A DNA stretch of 51,086 nt from the IMG/VR virus record IMGVR_UViG_3300044451_000174, positions 74,722 to 125,807 of that record; one strand, 5' to 3'. Made by a program: the position numbers and the translations under genes. Positions 1 through 8,591 of this stretch are shown piece by piece. The stretch comes from a virus (taxonomy: Duplodnaviria > Heunggongvirae > Uroviricota > Caudoviricetes). Every line of letters begins with the position of its first letter. Within the stretch, counting starts at the first letter, position 1. A model generated the notes under the pieces. The model did not search any database, was not told the DNA's origin, and saw only the letters and a program-made list of their open reading frames with translations.

Positions 1-1203
1 GTAGACCTACCCAGTGAGATCACAATCACCGGGCCGGAAATCCCCACGGCCATTGTGATCGAAGGCGGCGTAATCCCAACGGTCATCACGGTCGAAGCGG
101 GCGTGATCCCCACGGTGATTACCATAGAAGGCGTTGAGATCCCCACGTCAATTGACGTGTACGACGACATCCCATCGGTGATCGAGGTGACCGATGACGT
201 TCCGTCAGTGATCGAGGTTATTTCAAACATCCCGACTACGATCACCGTGTACCATAACATCCCGACCACAATCGATGTTTACGCGAACATCCCGACAACG
301 ATTAACGTCTACGGATCTTTCCCGACCTCGATCAACGTCTACGGGTCTTTCCCGACCTCGATCTTGGCGTACAACGTTGACATCCCGACTTCGATCTTGG
401 CGTACAACGTCAATATCCCGACTTCGATCTTGGCATACAACGTCAATATCCCGACTTCGATCTTGGGGTACAACATCAACATCCCGACTTCAATCTTCGC
501 ATACAACGCGAACGTCCCCACGGTAATCGACGTGAACTGGAACCCGGTGCCGGTTCTGAGTTGCGTGGTCACGGTCAGTTGCGGAAGTACGTCGGTGACG
601 CCGATGGCGATGATGTCGGGCGGGTTCGAGGAGAGCTTCGTTGACAGCTTCCAGTCGGACCCTCCGCTGGTAACCGCGCAAGACATCGGCATCCCGTCCG
701 AGATCAAGGTCGTGGTGCCGGAAATACCGGACATGAGACTGGTACACGATCTGCCAATGTTCATCGAGGTTCGCGGAACCACGTTGCCGACCTACATCGA
801 AATCAAGGCCGAGACGCCGATTCCGAACGAGATCTCTTTGAAACACAACCTGCCTGAGTTCTTTGAACTGAGGGCGACTAACGTACCGGAATTCATTTTC
901 TTGAAGAACAAGGACGTACCTGAGTTCATCGAATTGCGAATGGCCGAGGACGTGCCGAGGAAGCTGATGATGGAGTTGGTGGGCGTACCTGAATCGATCC
1001 AACTGGTGGGTGCGCCGACCGCGATCCACTTGGTCAGCAACGTCCCGACCGCGATCCACTTGGTCCTGCCAGAGAAGCCGGAAGTGGAAATGGTGTACCG
1101 TGGCGACCCGATCACGCACAAGGTCGAACTCGACATGAGCAAACTACTCAGCGACGACGAGGGCGAGGGCCAGTGCGTCAGATTCGTACCGTGTAGGAGG
1201 TAA
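1..1203 (+). CDS. Repetitive beta-rich protein, putative fiber/shaft-like virion protein (5'-truncated)
   Basis: Frame is open from base 1 (VDLPSEITITGPEIPT...) to TAA at 1201-1203. Repeats of (I/V/F)P(T/S)xIxV in 10-11 aa units run through the N-terminal half, with looser LP/IPxxIxL units after that. Confidence 0.6.
   Translation, partial: VDLPSEITITGPEIPTAIVIEGGVIPTVITVEAGVIPTVITIEGVEIPTSIDVYDDIPSVIEVTDDVPSVIEVISNIPTTITVYHNIPTTIDVYANIPTTINVYGSFPTSINVYGSFPTSILAYNVDIPTSILAYNVNIPTSILAYNVNIPTSILGYNINIPTSIFAYNANVPTVIDVNWNPVPVLSCVVTVSCGSTSVTPMAMMSGGFEESFVDSFQSDPPLVTAQDIGIPSEIKVVVPEIPDMRLVHDLPMFIEVRGTTLPTYIEIKAETPIPNEISLKHNLPEFFELRATNVPEFIFLKNKDVPEFIELRMAEDVPRKLMMELVGVPESIQLVGAPTAIHLVSNVPTAIHLVLPEKPEVEMVYRGDPITHKVELDMSKLLSDDEGEGQCVRFVPCRR
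304..516 (+). repeat. Coding tandem repeats: two 30-bp units (304-363) and five 33-bp units (352-516)
   Basis: AACGTCTACGG(A/G)TCTTTCCCGACCTCGATC twice; CCGAC(C/T)TC(G/A)ATCTT..TACAAC..... five times, encoding PTSILAYNVNI-like units. Confidence 0.9.
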
Positions 1204-1204
1204 G

Positions 1205-2044
1205 GTGTACAGACTGAAAAAACACGCGAACAAGAACCAGTACCTGCACGTCGGAGACGACTTGTGGGTACGGAACCCCGGCGTCAGCGGGGTTCCGTAC
1301 AAAGACATCAACCGACTTTTGTCAACCGCCGACTACCCGCTGATCCTCAAGAACGAGCAGTGGTCGATGCGGGCCAAGTACCCGTGGATCGACACGGAGA
1401 ATTTGAGCGTCAACAAGGCGGTAATCGTTTCGGACGGCTTCGACTTCGAGTCGGGTCACGAGCAAATCGCGGCCTTGCCGAAGGACGTGTTGATCTTCGC
1501 GGTCAACGGGAGTTTGTCCAAATGGAAATCGACAAAAAGAAGTCCCAATTTCTACGTCGTCAACAACCCTTATTCGGAAGCTCAGAGCTATCTACCGAGG
1601 TCAACGACGACCAAGTGTATCGCTTCGACTCGCGCGAACAGCGAGTTCTTGAAGGGCTACACCGGAATGAAGTACAGGTACTGTCCGTCGAGTGACGCAT
1701 GGTACTGCGGGGTCGAGAACAGGGACTGTAAGTACAAGATCGATGACTACCGCAACCCGGTTTGTGCCGCCATCAACCTTCTGCACAAGTTCGGGGTTCA
1801 GAAGCTGGCTCTGGCTTTCTGCGACGAAGCGTTCGATGAGCAGAGGCAGGGCAGCGAGCAGAGTGAGGACGGGAAGTGGTACTATCCACAGCACCTGACC
1901 GCAAACAAACTGATCGACGGCAATCTGTATTGGCTGTCTCAAAACAACGGCTGCAAGACGGTACAGCACTCGGTCGGCCCGAAGTTGAAGGTTGCAACGT
2001 ATATACCCCTGGAGGATTTGAGCCGTTTCTTCCAGGGAAAGTAG
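1205..2044 (+). CDS. MAF_flag10/MptE-like (DUF115-type) protein, putative glycosylation-associated
   Basis: AVIVSDG...LIFAVNGS...PNFYVVNNP and AINLLHKFGVQKLALAFCD resemble the Maf/DUF115 motif order, but the motifs are degenerate. Confidence 0.45.
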   Translation: MYRLKKHANKNQYLHVGDDLWVRNPGVSGVPYKDINRLLSTADYPLILKNEQWSMRAKYPWIDTENLSVNKAVIVSDGFDFESGHEQIAALPKDVLIFAVNGSLSKWKSTKRSPNFYVVNNPYSEAQSYLPRSTTTKCIASTRANSEFLKGYTGMKYRYCPSSDAWYCGVENRDCKYKIDDYRNPVCAAINLLHKFGVQKLALAFCDEAFDEQRQGSEQSEDGKWYYPQHLTANKLIDGNLYWLSQNNGCKTVQHSVGPKLKVATYIPLEDLSRFFQGK

Positions 2045-2048
2045 GAGT

Positions 2049-2324
2049 ATGGAAAAGGGTAAACACCCATTGTCACTTAGCGATTTCAGAAAGTGGATCG
2101 AAGGCCAGGACGCCGGGTCCAAGAACCTCGAAGGCAAGAGAGTGTCTTCGGCGTTGTCGCCCAAGAAGCTGTTACAGGTCGCGGAGTCCGATCAGGGCGA
2201 CCTGTACGAGTCCGTAAGGCAGTTCTACCGCAAGGGCGGAACTGTGATCAGTCAAGACGGGGACCACCTGTTGATCGACGCGGGGGCAGGCACGTTCTAC
2301 ACCAACCGGAAAAGCGTCCGCTAA
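2049..2324 (+). CDS. Hypothetical protein (91 aa)
   Basis: GGAG RBS directly upstream; tight packing with neighbours. Confidence 0.7.
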   Translation: MEKGKHPLSLSDFRKWIEGQDAGSKNLEGKRVSSALSPKKLLQVAESDQGDLYESVRQFYRKGGTVISQDGDHLLIDAGAGTFYTNRKSVR

Positions 2325-2680
2325 GACTTCCTCGTCAACATCGTCTTCTTCTTCGGGTGCTTCTTCAGGTCGGCCTTCGGCGGCAGCAAGAAAGAGGTGC
2401 CGTCGAACAAGGGTTTGCAACTCGGATACAGCCCTTGAAAACCCCTGGCGTGTAGTTTCTTCCTCAACTCTTGGTAGTGTTCGGCCGACTCGATCCACGG
2501 CTCCCAATACATGCGATTGTCGTAAATGATCTTCTCGACACTCGCATGAATCGTCGGGGGCAGTTTCAGAGATTCCAGATCAACGAGTCGGATTGGCGGT
2601 CGCTGCGGGCCGTCCAGCACCGTGACCACTCTGGCCCCCATTTTGTCCCGCCGCGCCAGATACAGGTAACAACGACTCAT
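2321..2680 (-). CDS. Hypothetical protein (119 aa)
   Basis: ATG at 2680 overlaps the TGA of the upstream endonuclease (TGATG coupling); basic C-terminus. Confidence 0.65.
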   Translation of the reverse strand: MSRCYLYLARRDKMGARVVTVLDGPQRPPIRLVDLESLKLPPTIHASVEKIIYDNRMYWEPWIESAEHYQELRKKLHARGFQGLYPSCKPLFDGTSFLLPPKADLKKHPKKKTMLTRKS

Positions 2681-3537
2681 CAAACCTCGCATTCTAGCTT
2701 GTACGACATACAAGCCGGCAGTTTACGTTCTTGTGAAATTGTCTTCCATTTAGACAGCAAGAAGTCTCTGCTTTTGCCAAGCATAACTAACTTGTTCTGA
2801 CCATTTCTGTGTTTGTAATACTTGATGTACATTGATAGATCTAAGTTTTGATTCAAAATGGACACCGCGTTCTCCAAGTCGATACGATCCCATCCTTTGG
2901 CTGATATTGAAGGTTGTGGCGATTTTTTGAGTCCATTGCTAAGACGGCCGGTTCTGGTAGTCCCCAGGTAGCCATCGTCCATGTACCAAATCATCAACCC
3001 GAAAAAATTCAGCTTGGAAATCAAGTCTACTGGAATTATGCTTTTGTCGCAGTTTTTCCTGGCCTTGTAGAATCGATCTCTCAATGAAGTAAATATCGGA
3101 TGACGGGCCGTAGAAATGTGCGTCTTTTTGTTTGAATTCCATCGCGACATGAAAGGCGACAGGATGTTCATTTTCCATTCGAGGTAATCAGTCTGTTTGG
3201 AACCATGTCCTTCGCAGAAGAAGTAGTTTTTGCAGTCGTCGCTTTTGGTCACACAACCATCGCCCAACATACTGCCGATCAGTACCTGAAAAACGCAGTC
3301 GTCAAAATCAGACAAGGAAAGGTTTTGGTCGAGTTTGCAGCCATTGCGAAACCGAGCGGCCTTTTCGCCAGACCTAGAACGACACTCAGCCGTAATAACT
3401 ACGCCGATTCTGTTCCTCATCTTGGCAATGGCAGGTGCAGTATGGCCCGGCAAGCAATCAATTAATTCAGTCGAATGTTTTGACGGCCCAAGCTGACGAA
3501 GTAATTCCAACTCGGATTCAGACCACGGTTTTCCCAT
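2680..3537 (-). mobile_element. Free-standing LAGLIDADG_2-type homing endonuclease with N-terminal Myb/HTH-like segment
   Basis: QVLIGSMLGDGCV, HGSKQTDYLEWK, LMIWYMDDG motifs; N-terminal WSESELELLR...AIAKMRNRIG; locally AT-rich (22/60 GC in 2761-2820). Confidence 0.85.
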
Positions 3538-3739
3538 GAACTATTGTATGCGGCACGACGGGACATTTCTCAACATTCGCATCGCACTTCACCCAAAATC
3601 GATTGTTGTTTTTGTTGCCAGGACGCAGAGCCTCGGCCAGCACCATTTGAATGAGTAATTTCGCATGCGGGTCATCGGCCGCGCCAAAATTACTGAAGAA
3701 ATCGTCCATCGTTTCTTTGATCAGATTGGAGTCCGACAT
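3518..3739 (-). CDS. Hypothetical protein (73 aa; alternative start at MDDFF)
   Basis: ORF overlaps the endonuclease start by 20 nt and fills the gap. Confidence 0.5.
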   Translation of the reverse strand: MSDSNLIKETMDDFFSNFGAADDPHAKLLIQMVLAEALRPGNKNNNRFWVKCDANVEKCPVVPHTIVHGKTVV

Positions 3740-4352
3740 GAATCTTCACCTGCCGCGTTACCGCGAAGTCAAAAACAAATACTGTGTGTGCTACTTCGGG
3801 CCGTGCGACGAATACGTCACACTACTCGATGGCCTTCGGCCACAAGCCGAACAACAACTGCCCGGATTGCAAGTGTATATAGGGTGCAAAGAACACCTGT
3901 GCAACGGAGAACGGTTCGTCTCCGAAAAGGCGGCGTTTCAGATGGTCAGGGAACCGTGGGGGACACAATTCGGACATATCAAAGAGATCCGATGCGACAT
4001 GAAATCACACCCTGTCCAGCAGTTCTTCAATGATTCGGGAATCAAGATCAACCCAACCGGACACAAACCGGACACGGAAAACAGACTCGTCAAGCTGGCG
4101 GCGGAAGGCATATCGCCTACCCGCTCACTTACAGAAGAAGAAAAAACAAAGCTGACCAAGAAGTACGCCAGCCAGGGGTACGTCGTCCGAGAGGACTGTG
4201 ACTGGCGTGACGCGGGCGTCGTTGTAGGGGTCGAATCGGTCGCTGTTTGGTCGGCCGCACTCGAAGGCAAAATGACGCACCTGTGCGACACCGGATTGGG
4301 GACGGGCTTCTTCCGCGTAATCTGTCCGTGGGGTGCGGTGATTTCTATTTGA
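3738..4352 (+). CDS. Hypothetical protein (204 aa)
   Basis: Long ORF. Start set at ATG 3738 (MNLHLPRY) to avoid a long overlap with the divergent gene; C-terminal VVGVESVAVWSAA resembles glycosyltransferase-type ends. Confidence 0.6.
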   Translation: MNLHLPRYREVKNKYCVCYFGPCDEYVTLLDGLRPQAEQQLPGLQVYIGCKEHLCNGERFVSEKAAFQMVREPWGTQFGHIKEIRCDMKSHPVQQFFNDSGIKINPTGHKPDTENRLVKLAAEGISPTRSLTEEEKTKLTKKYASQGYVVREDCDWRDAGVVVGVESVAVWSAALEGKMTHLCDTGLGTGFFRVICPWGAVISI

Positions 4353-4359
4353 GTGCTTC

Positions 4360-4365
4360 TACATA
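4360..4365 (+). promoter_or_regulatory. TANATA late-promoter-like box
   Basis: TACATA in the intergenic gap before the gene at 4407. Confidence 0.45.
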
Positions 4366-4406
4366 TAGACAGAAGACAGGGATTAGGCACCCCATCAAGG
4401 AGAACA

Positions 4407-4985
4407 ATGAGCGTATTTCGTGTAAAGCTGAACAACACTCAGCAGGGCGTATTGGACCTTAACCCGTCCACTGGCGCACAGATGTCGCCGTCGATTCAGC
4501 GGACGATGTGGGTCACCGGCCCGAACAAGACTTACCGTCAACTTTTCGACGGTGAAACCTTCACGGACTGCAACTATTGGAAGCAGTTCGCGTACCCGCA
4601 GACGACTCTGGAAAAGGCGTTCATCGAAGTCGTGACCGACGACGGCAGCATTTACTCCAGTGACCCGGCTGAGAACACCTTCCCTCGTGTTTACGACCTG
4701 ACCATCGCTGGCGGTTCTGTGTACGCATCGAACGTGATCGATGTAACGGGCGACAACGGCGCGGCGGCTGTTTCGGCGAGCATCGAGAACACGAGTGGTC
4801 AGGCGATCCGCGTGAAGATGAACGGTCTTTCGACGGCCATCTTCGACCTCTCGGCGAACGAAACCAAGACCTTCAACATCGGCGATGCCGTCATCAGCCG
4901 CTTGGAGTTCAACAACACCGCTTCCGGCGCGACCACGGCAACCGTGCAGGTCATCCTCACGATCCGCAGCACCCCGACAAGCTGA
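4407..4985 (+). CDS. Putative virion structural protein (beta-rich, 192 aa)
   Basis: AAGGAG RBS at 4397-4402; Thr/Ser/Asn/Gly-rich beta-type sequence; followed by a terminator. Confidence 0.6.
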   Translation: MSVFRVKLNNTQQGVLDLNPSTGAQMSPSIQRTMWVTGPNKTYRQLFDGETFTDCNYWKQFAYPQTTLEKAFIEVVTDDGSIYSSDPAENTFPRVYDLTIAGGSVYASNVIDVTGDNGAAAVSASIENTSGQAIRVKMNGLSTAIFDLSANETKTFNIGDAVISRLEFNNTASGATTATVQVILTIRSTPTS

Positions 4986-5035
4986 GTACCACCCCTCGGT
5001 TTTTGAACCGATGTCTGCCCTTAATGGCCGGACAG

Positions 5036-5063
5036 AAAGCCCGACAGCAATGTCGGGCTTTTT
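5036..5063 (+). terminator. Rho-independent terminator
   Basis: AAAGCCCGACA-GCAA-TGTCGGGCTTT-TT: 11-bp stem, GNRA loop, U-tract. Confidence 0.9.
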
Positions 5064-5088
5064 CGTTTGAAGGCACTAAACTATAGTC

Positions 5089-6066
5089 ATGAAGATCAAG
5101 AGAAAGACACCTTCAAAAGCGCCGGCGTGGGGTCTTAGAGATTACTACGAGCGACGTGATAGGGTGCTGGTCGTTCGCGACGTTGGTGGCCTCGGCGACA
5201 TCCTGATGCAAAGGATGATGTTCGAGAGCTTCAAACGTGTGATGCCCGAATGTCACATCACCTGGGCCGTCCCCCAACAATACTTGGAAGCCGCCGCGAG
5301 ACATCCATTTGTTGACGAAGTGGTTGACTGCCGCACCGTCAACAAAGCCGACTTCACCCTCGTCTACAACATCACCTTCGCGTGCGGCCGGTACGAGAAC
5401 GCCATCGCACCCAGAGCCGACAAGCACCGCAGCGACATCTGGGCCAACCACTGTGGCGTGGTAATTGGCAAGCACGAAATGTATCTCGGCGTAACGGCCG
5501 AAGAGAAGAAAGCCGCCCGTCAACTTCTGCAACGCAGCGTATCGAGTCCGAACGCTCCGATCTTGGCAATGTGTCCCGCGTCGGCTCAGATCGGCAAGGA
5601 CATGTCGCCGGCACTACAGACGGAAGTCGTCACGCGAGTTTGGCAGAAGGGGTGCAACGTCGTTTGTCTGCACAACAAGTCCATGCCACACCTCGATCAG
5701 ATCGGGTGCCGAACCTTGAGCGGCTTGAACACGCGACAGTGGATAACGGCACTGGACGCGGCCGACTACGTCTTGAGCGTTGACACGTCGGCGTTCCACT
5801 GCGCGGGCGGGCTGAAGAAACCGCTGGTGGGAATTTTTACCTACTGCGACGGAAAAGTGTACGGAAAGTATTTCGACTTCGTACTCGTTCAAAAGCACAG
5901 GGACGACAGCAACTGGGATTGCGGCCCGTGCTTCAACTGGTCGATGTGCAAAAAAGAGTGCAAGAAAACGATCAAGCCGTGTGCGAGCGAGATCACGTCC
6001 GACATGGTGATGGACGGTATAGAAAAAATGATGGCGAAGTGGCCGTACAAGCCACAAATCGAATGA
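5089..6066 (+). CDS. GT9-family (ADP-heptose:LPS heptosyltransferase-like) glycosyltransferase
   Basis: VLVVRDVGGLGDILM and DYVLSVDTSAFHCAGGLKKPLVGIF are GT9 hallmark motifs. Confidence 0.85.
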   Translation: MKIKRKTPSKAPAWGLRDYYERRDRVLVVRDVGGLGDILMQRMMFESFKRVMPECHITWAVPQQYLEAAARHPFVDEVVDCRTVNKADFTLVYNITFACGRYENAIAPRADKHRSDIWANHCGVVIGKHEMYLGVTAEEKKAARQLLQRSVSSPNAPILAMCPASAQIGKDMSPALQTEVVTRVWQKGCNVVCLHNKSMPHLDQIGCRTLSGLNTRQWITALDAADYVLSVDTSAFHCAGGLKKPLVGIFTYCDGKVYGKYFDFVLVQKHRDDSNWDCGPCFNWSMCKKECKKTIKPCASEITSDMVMDGIEKMMAKWPYKPQIE

Positions 6067-6098
6067 GAGATACTCGATTAAAATACGCCGGACTTAGG

Positions 6099-6104
6099 TA
6101 AATA
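6099..6104 (+). promoter_or_regulatory. TANATA box 4 nt before ATG (putative leaderless start)
   Basis: TAAATA-GCTC-ATG. Confidence 0.5.
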
Positions 6105-6108
6105 GCTC

Positions 6109-6363
6109 ATGCCTCAAGTTATCAAACCACAGAACGTGAACATCACGACCCGCGACGGAGAGATAACGGTCAGGTTGGTAATCGACCTGAATCTGAATCT
6201 TGGTGGCGGTGTGGTGGGAATGTCTGTGGCGTCGGTAGCGAGTGCGGATCAGGTGCCTGAGCAAAAGCAGATGGCACCGAAGCCCGCAGAGGCAGCAGAG
6301 TGGATGATACCTGAGTTCACACCATCCACCGAAACGATTGAATTCGGAAAGTACGACAAGTGA
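6109..6363 (+). CDS. Hypothetical protein (84 aa), first gene of the actin-like operon
   Basis: ORF behind a TAAATA box; beta-hairpin-like N-terminus with a Pro/Glu tail. Confidence 0.65.
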   Translation: MPQVIKPQNVNITTRDGEITVRLVIDLNLNLGGGVVGMSVASVASADQVPEQKQMAPKPAEAAEWMIPEFTPSTETIEFGKYDK

Positions 6364-6397
6364 GATCGAAAGACCTCAAAACGAAAGGGTGAAAGAC

Positions 6398-7408
6398 ATG
6401 GCAATCGGATTTGACGTTGGCACATACAACCTCGTATGCTCCAAGCGTGACGAAAAGGGAAACTTCGTTCACAAGCGCGAAGTCAACGCATTTATCGAGA
6501 TTCCTCTCGAAAACGACTTCGTCTACAACATGATGAATAACGCTGGTGTCCCGCTGATCAAGAGGGACAAGTTGGCTTACGCCCTCGGCGAGTCGGCGGT
6601 CAAGATGGCCTACGCGATCAACTCGATGGAGTTGAAGCGGCCGATGTCGGACGGGTGCGTGAACCCGAAGGAAAAGGAAGCCTACCAGATCTTGAGCATC
6701 ATGATCCACTCGCTGATCGAGACGGTGAAGGAGGACAAGGAGCCTCTCTACTTCTGCGTCCCGGCCAACGCAATCAACGTCGAAACGGACGCGAACTTCC
6801 ACCGCCTGACGCTCGAAGGCATCTTCAAAGCCTTCAGGAACAAGGACGGAATGCGAGTCGATCCGCACCCGATTAACGAAGCCCTCGCCCTCGTTTACGC
6901 CGAACTGTCGAAGAAGGCGTACACGGGAATCGGGATCAGCTTCGGGGCCGGTATGGTCAACCTGTGTATGGCCATGTTCGGCAACCCCGTCTTCTCTTTC
7001 GCAATCGTCAACAGCGGAGACTGGATCGACAAGCAGGCGGCGCGAGCCACTGCCGAGTCGCCGACCTTCATCAACAAACAGAAGATGAAGATCGATCTCT
7101 CGAAAGCTCCCGGTGACCTCATCGAACGGGCGATCATCAGCCAGTACCGGCTGATGATCGAACACTGCGTATCCGAAATCAAAAACGGCCTGAACAAGAA
7201 CAGCAAAGTCGTAAGGACGGACGACCCGTTCGACATCGTTGTTTCCGGTGGGACCAGTTCGCCGCCCGGTTTCGTGGAAATGTTCAAGACTGTTCTGGAC
7301 GACGCCAAGCTGCCGATCAAGGTGAGCGAAGTGATCCGTCCGCAGGACACCTTGTACAGTGTTGCTCGTGGGTGTCTGCTCGCTGCCGAGGCGTCAACCC
7401 GAAAGTAA
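6398..7408 (+). CDS. Actin-fold ATPase (MreB/volactin/Mad28-like)
   Basis: Phosphate-1 FDVGTYN, YFCVPA, INEALA, phosphate-2 GIGISFGAGMVN, GDWID, adenosine VVSGGTSSPPGF, connect-2 LYSVARG. Start ATG 6398 after a purine-rich RBS. Confidence 0.85.
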   Translation: MAIGFDVGTYNLVCSKRDEKGNFVHKREVNAFIEIPLENDFVYNMMNNAGVPLIKRDKLAYALGESAVKMAYAINSMELKRPMSDGCVNPKEKEAYQILSIMIHSLIETVKEDKEPLYFCVPANAINVETDANFHRLTLEGIFKAFRNKDGMRVDPHPINEALALVYAELSKKAYTGIGISFGAGMVNLCMAMFGNPVFSFAIVNSGDWIDKQAARATAESPTFINKQKMKIDLSKAPGDLIERAIISQYRLMIEHCVSEIKNGLNKNSKVVRTDDPFDIVVSGGTSSPPGFVEMFKTVLDDAKLPIKVSEVIRPQDTLYSVARGCLLAAEASTRK

Positions 7409-7427
7409 CAAAGATAGGAATCCCAAA

Positions 7428-8081
7428 ATGGATGAGACGAAAAACAAACCCAACATCAACGACCTGTTGGATCAGCCCAGGCTCCGCAAGCCGACGCTTG
7501 AGGACATGAAGACCGCAGACGACTTCGCCAAAGAGGACGAAGTCCAGAAGAACATTGACGACTGGAAGGCCGGCAAACGCAAAACAGAACGGGCCAAGTA
7601 CACCAAAACCGAAGCCTACCCGGAACTGCCGAAGGGCAAGCTGCTGTTCCAGTGCGAAGAGTACGAGCAGCCGAAAGAGTACATCACGCTCACGATGAAC
7701 GAGAACAAGGATCTGATCAAAAAGATCATGGACGAGAAGGGGGCGCTCACGGACCACCCGCCGATCCCAGTGGATGAAATCAAGTGGGGCATGGAGAGCC
7801 TTGAGAACATCTACAGTGCCGTTCAAGAAGTTTTCCCAGATCCGAAGAAGGTGGAGGCCAACGACAACCGCATGTTCGAGTTGATCTCCAAATACATGGG
7901 TGGAGGCGTGGTGACATACAACCGCTGGAAGAATAAGTTGTGTGTCAAGGGCATCGAAACCAAGTTCGACATGCGTGAGATAAACGCGGCCGTGACCGCT
8001 CTGTCGGCGATCCTGCCGCCGCGAGAGGCTGAGAAGGTCGTGGCGCGTGAGTTGGGCAAGAAAATCGCAAACGTGCTATGA
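7428..8081 (+). CDS. Hypothetical protein (217 aa), charged N-terminus
   Basis: ATG 7428 lies 19 nt after the actin stop with TAGGA upstream. Confidence 0.7.
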   Translation: MDETKNKPNINDLLDQPRLRKPTLEDMKTADDFAKEDEVQKNIDDWKAGKRKTERAKYTKTEAYPELPKGKLLFQCEEYEQPKEYITLTMNENKDLIKKIMDEKGALTDHPPIPVDEIKWGMESLENIYSAVQEVFPDPKKVEANDNRMFELISKYMGGGVVTYNRWKNKLCVKGIETKFDMREINAAVTALSAILPPREAEKVVARELGKKIANVL

Positions 8082-8089
8082 ACAACAAA

Positions 8090-8115
8090 GAACCGGGGAG
8101 CATGCTCCCCGGTTC
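8090..8115. repeat. Perfect 26-bp palindrome
   Basis: GAACCGGGGAGCA|TGCTCCCCGGTTC; the two halves are exact reverse complements. Confidence 0.95.
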
Positions 8116-8129
8116 AAGAAGGAAGGCAA

Positions 8130-8591
8130 ATGAAAGAAGGAACAAAAGGTATCCCGATGCCGGTGAGCGACCTCGGCGTAGCCGCGTACATGGCCATGAA
8201 GGGTTGCGCATTGTCTGGTCGTCGCGACAAGACGATTTTCTTTTACGTCCCGGCCGAAAAGCTCAAGGAGTTCAAACGGTGGAAGCTGGACTACCTCGTG
8301 AGTGAATTTCACCGCTTCGACCACTGCCTGATGTCTTTGAAAAAGGTGGATGAGTCCGACCCCGATCAAGACTTTTCGTCGTGCAAGTTCCTGACCGATC
8401 TGGGAGCGGCGGCGTATGTGTTGATGCACAACTTCAGGATCATCGGGCGGCGCGGCAAGTCGTTCTACTTCGAGATCAACGACGACGACGAGGCCAAAAA
8501 CTTTGACGAACTCAGGCTCCAGTACGTCACCAGTGAGTTCCACGAGTTCGACTCGTCTCTCATGTCGGTTAAGAAAATCGGAGAGTCTTGA
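8130..8591 (+). CDS. Tandem two-domain protein (DUF5659-like, putative DNA-binding)
   Basis: Residues about 12-75 and 88-153 repeat DLG(V/A)AAY..M.....GRR.K..(F)...SEFH.FD..LMS.KK. Confidence 0.65.
   Translation: MKEGTKGIPMPVSDLGVAAYMAMKGCALSGRRDKTIFFYVPAEKLKEFKRWKLDYLVSEFHRFDHCLMSLKKVDESDPDQDFSSCKFLTDLGAAAYVLMHNFRIIGRRGKSFYFEINDDDEAKNFDELRLQYVTSEFHEFDSSLMSVKKIGES

Noticed and set aside
304-516. Regularly spaced 30-33 bp repeats as a CRISPR array
   Set aside because: The units are head-to-tail with no unique spacers, are in-frame multiples of 3, and lie within a CDS.
2321-3739. Group I intron splitting a gene around the first LAGLIDADG ORF
   Set aside because: The flanking ORFs each have their own start and stop and are coupled or overlapped with the endonuclease, leaving no room for an intron core.
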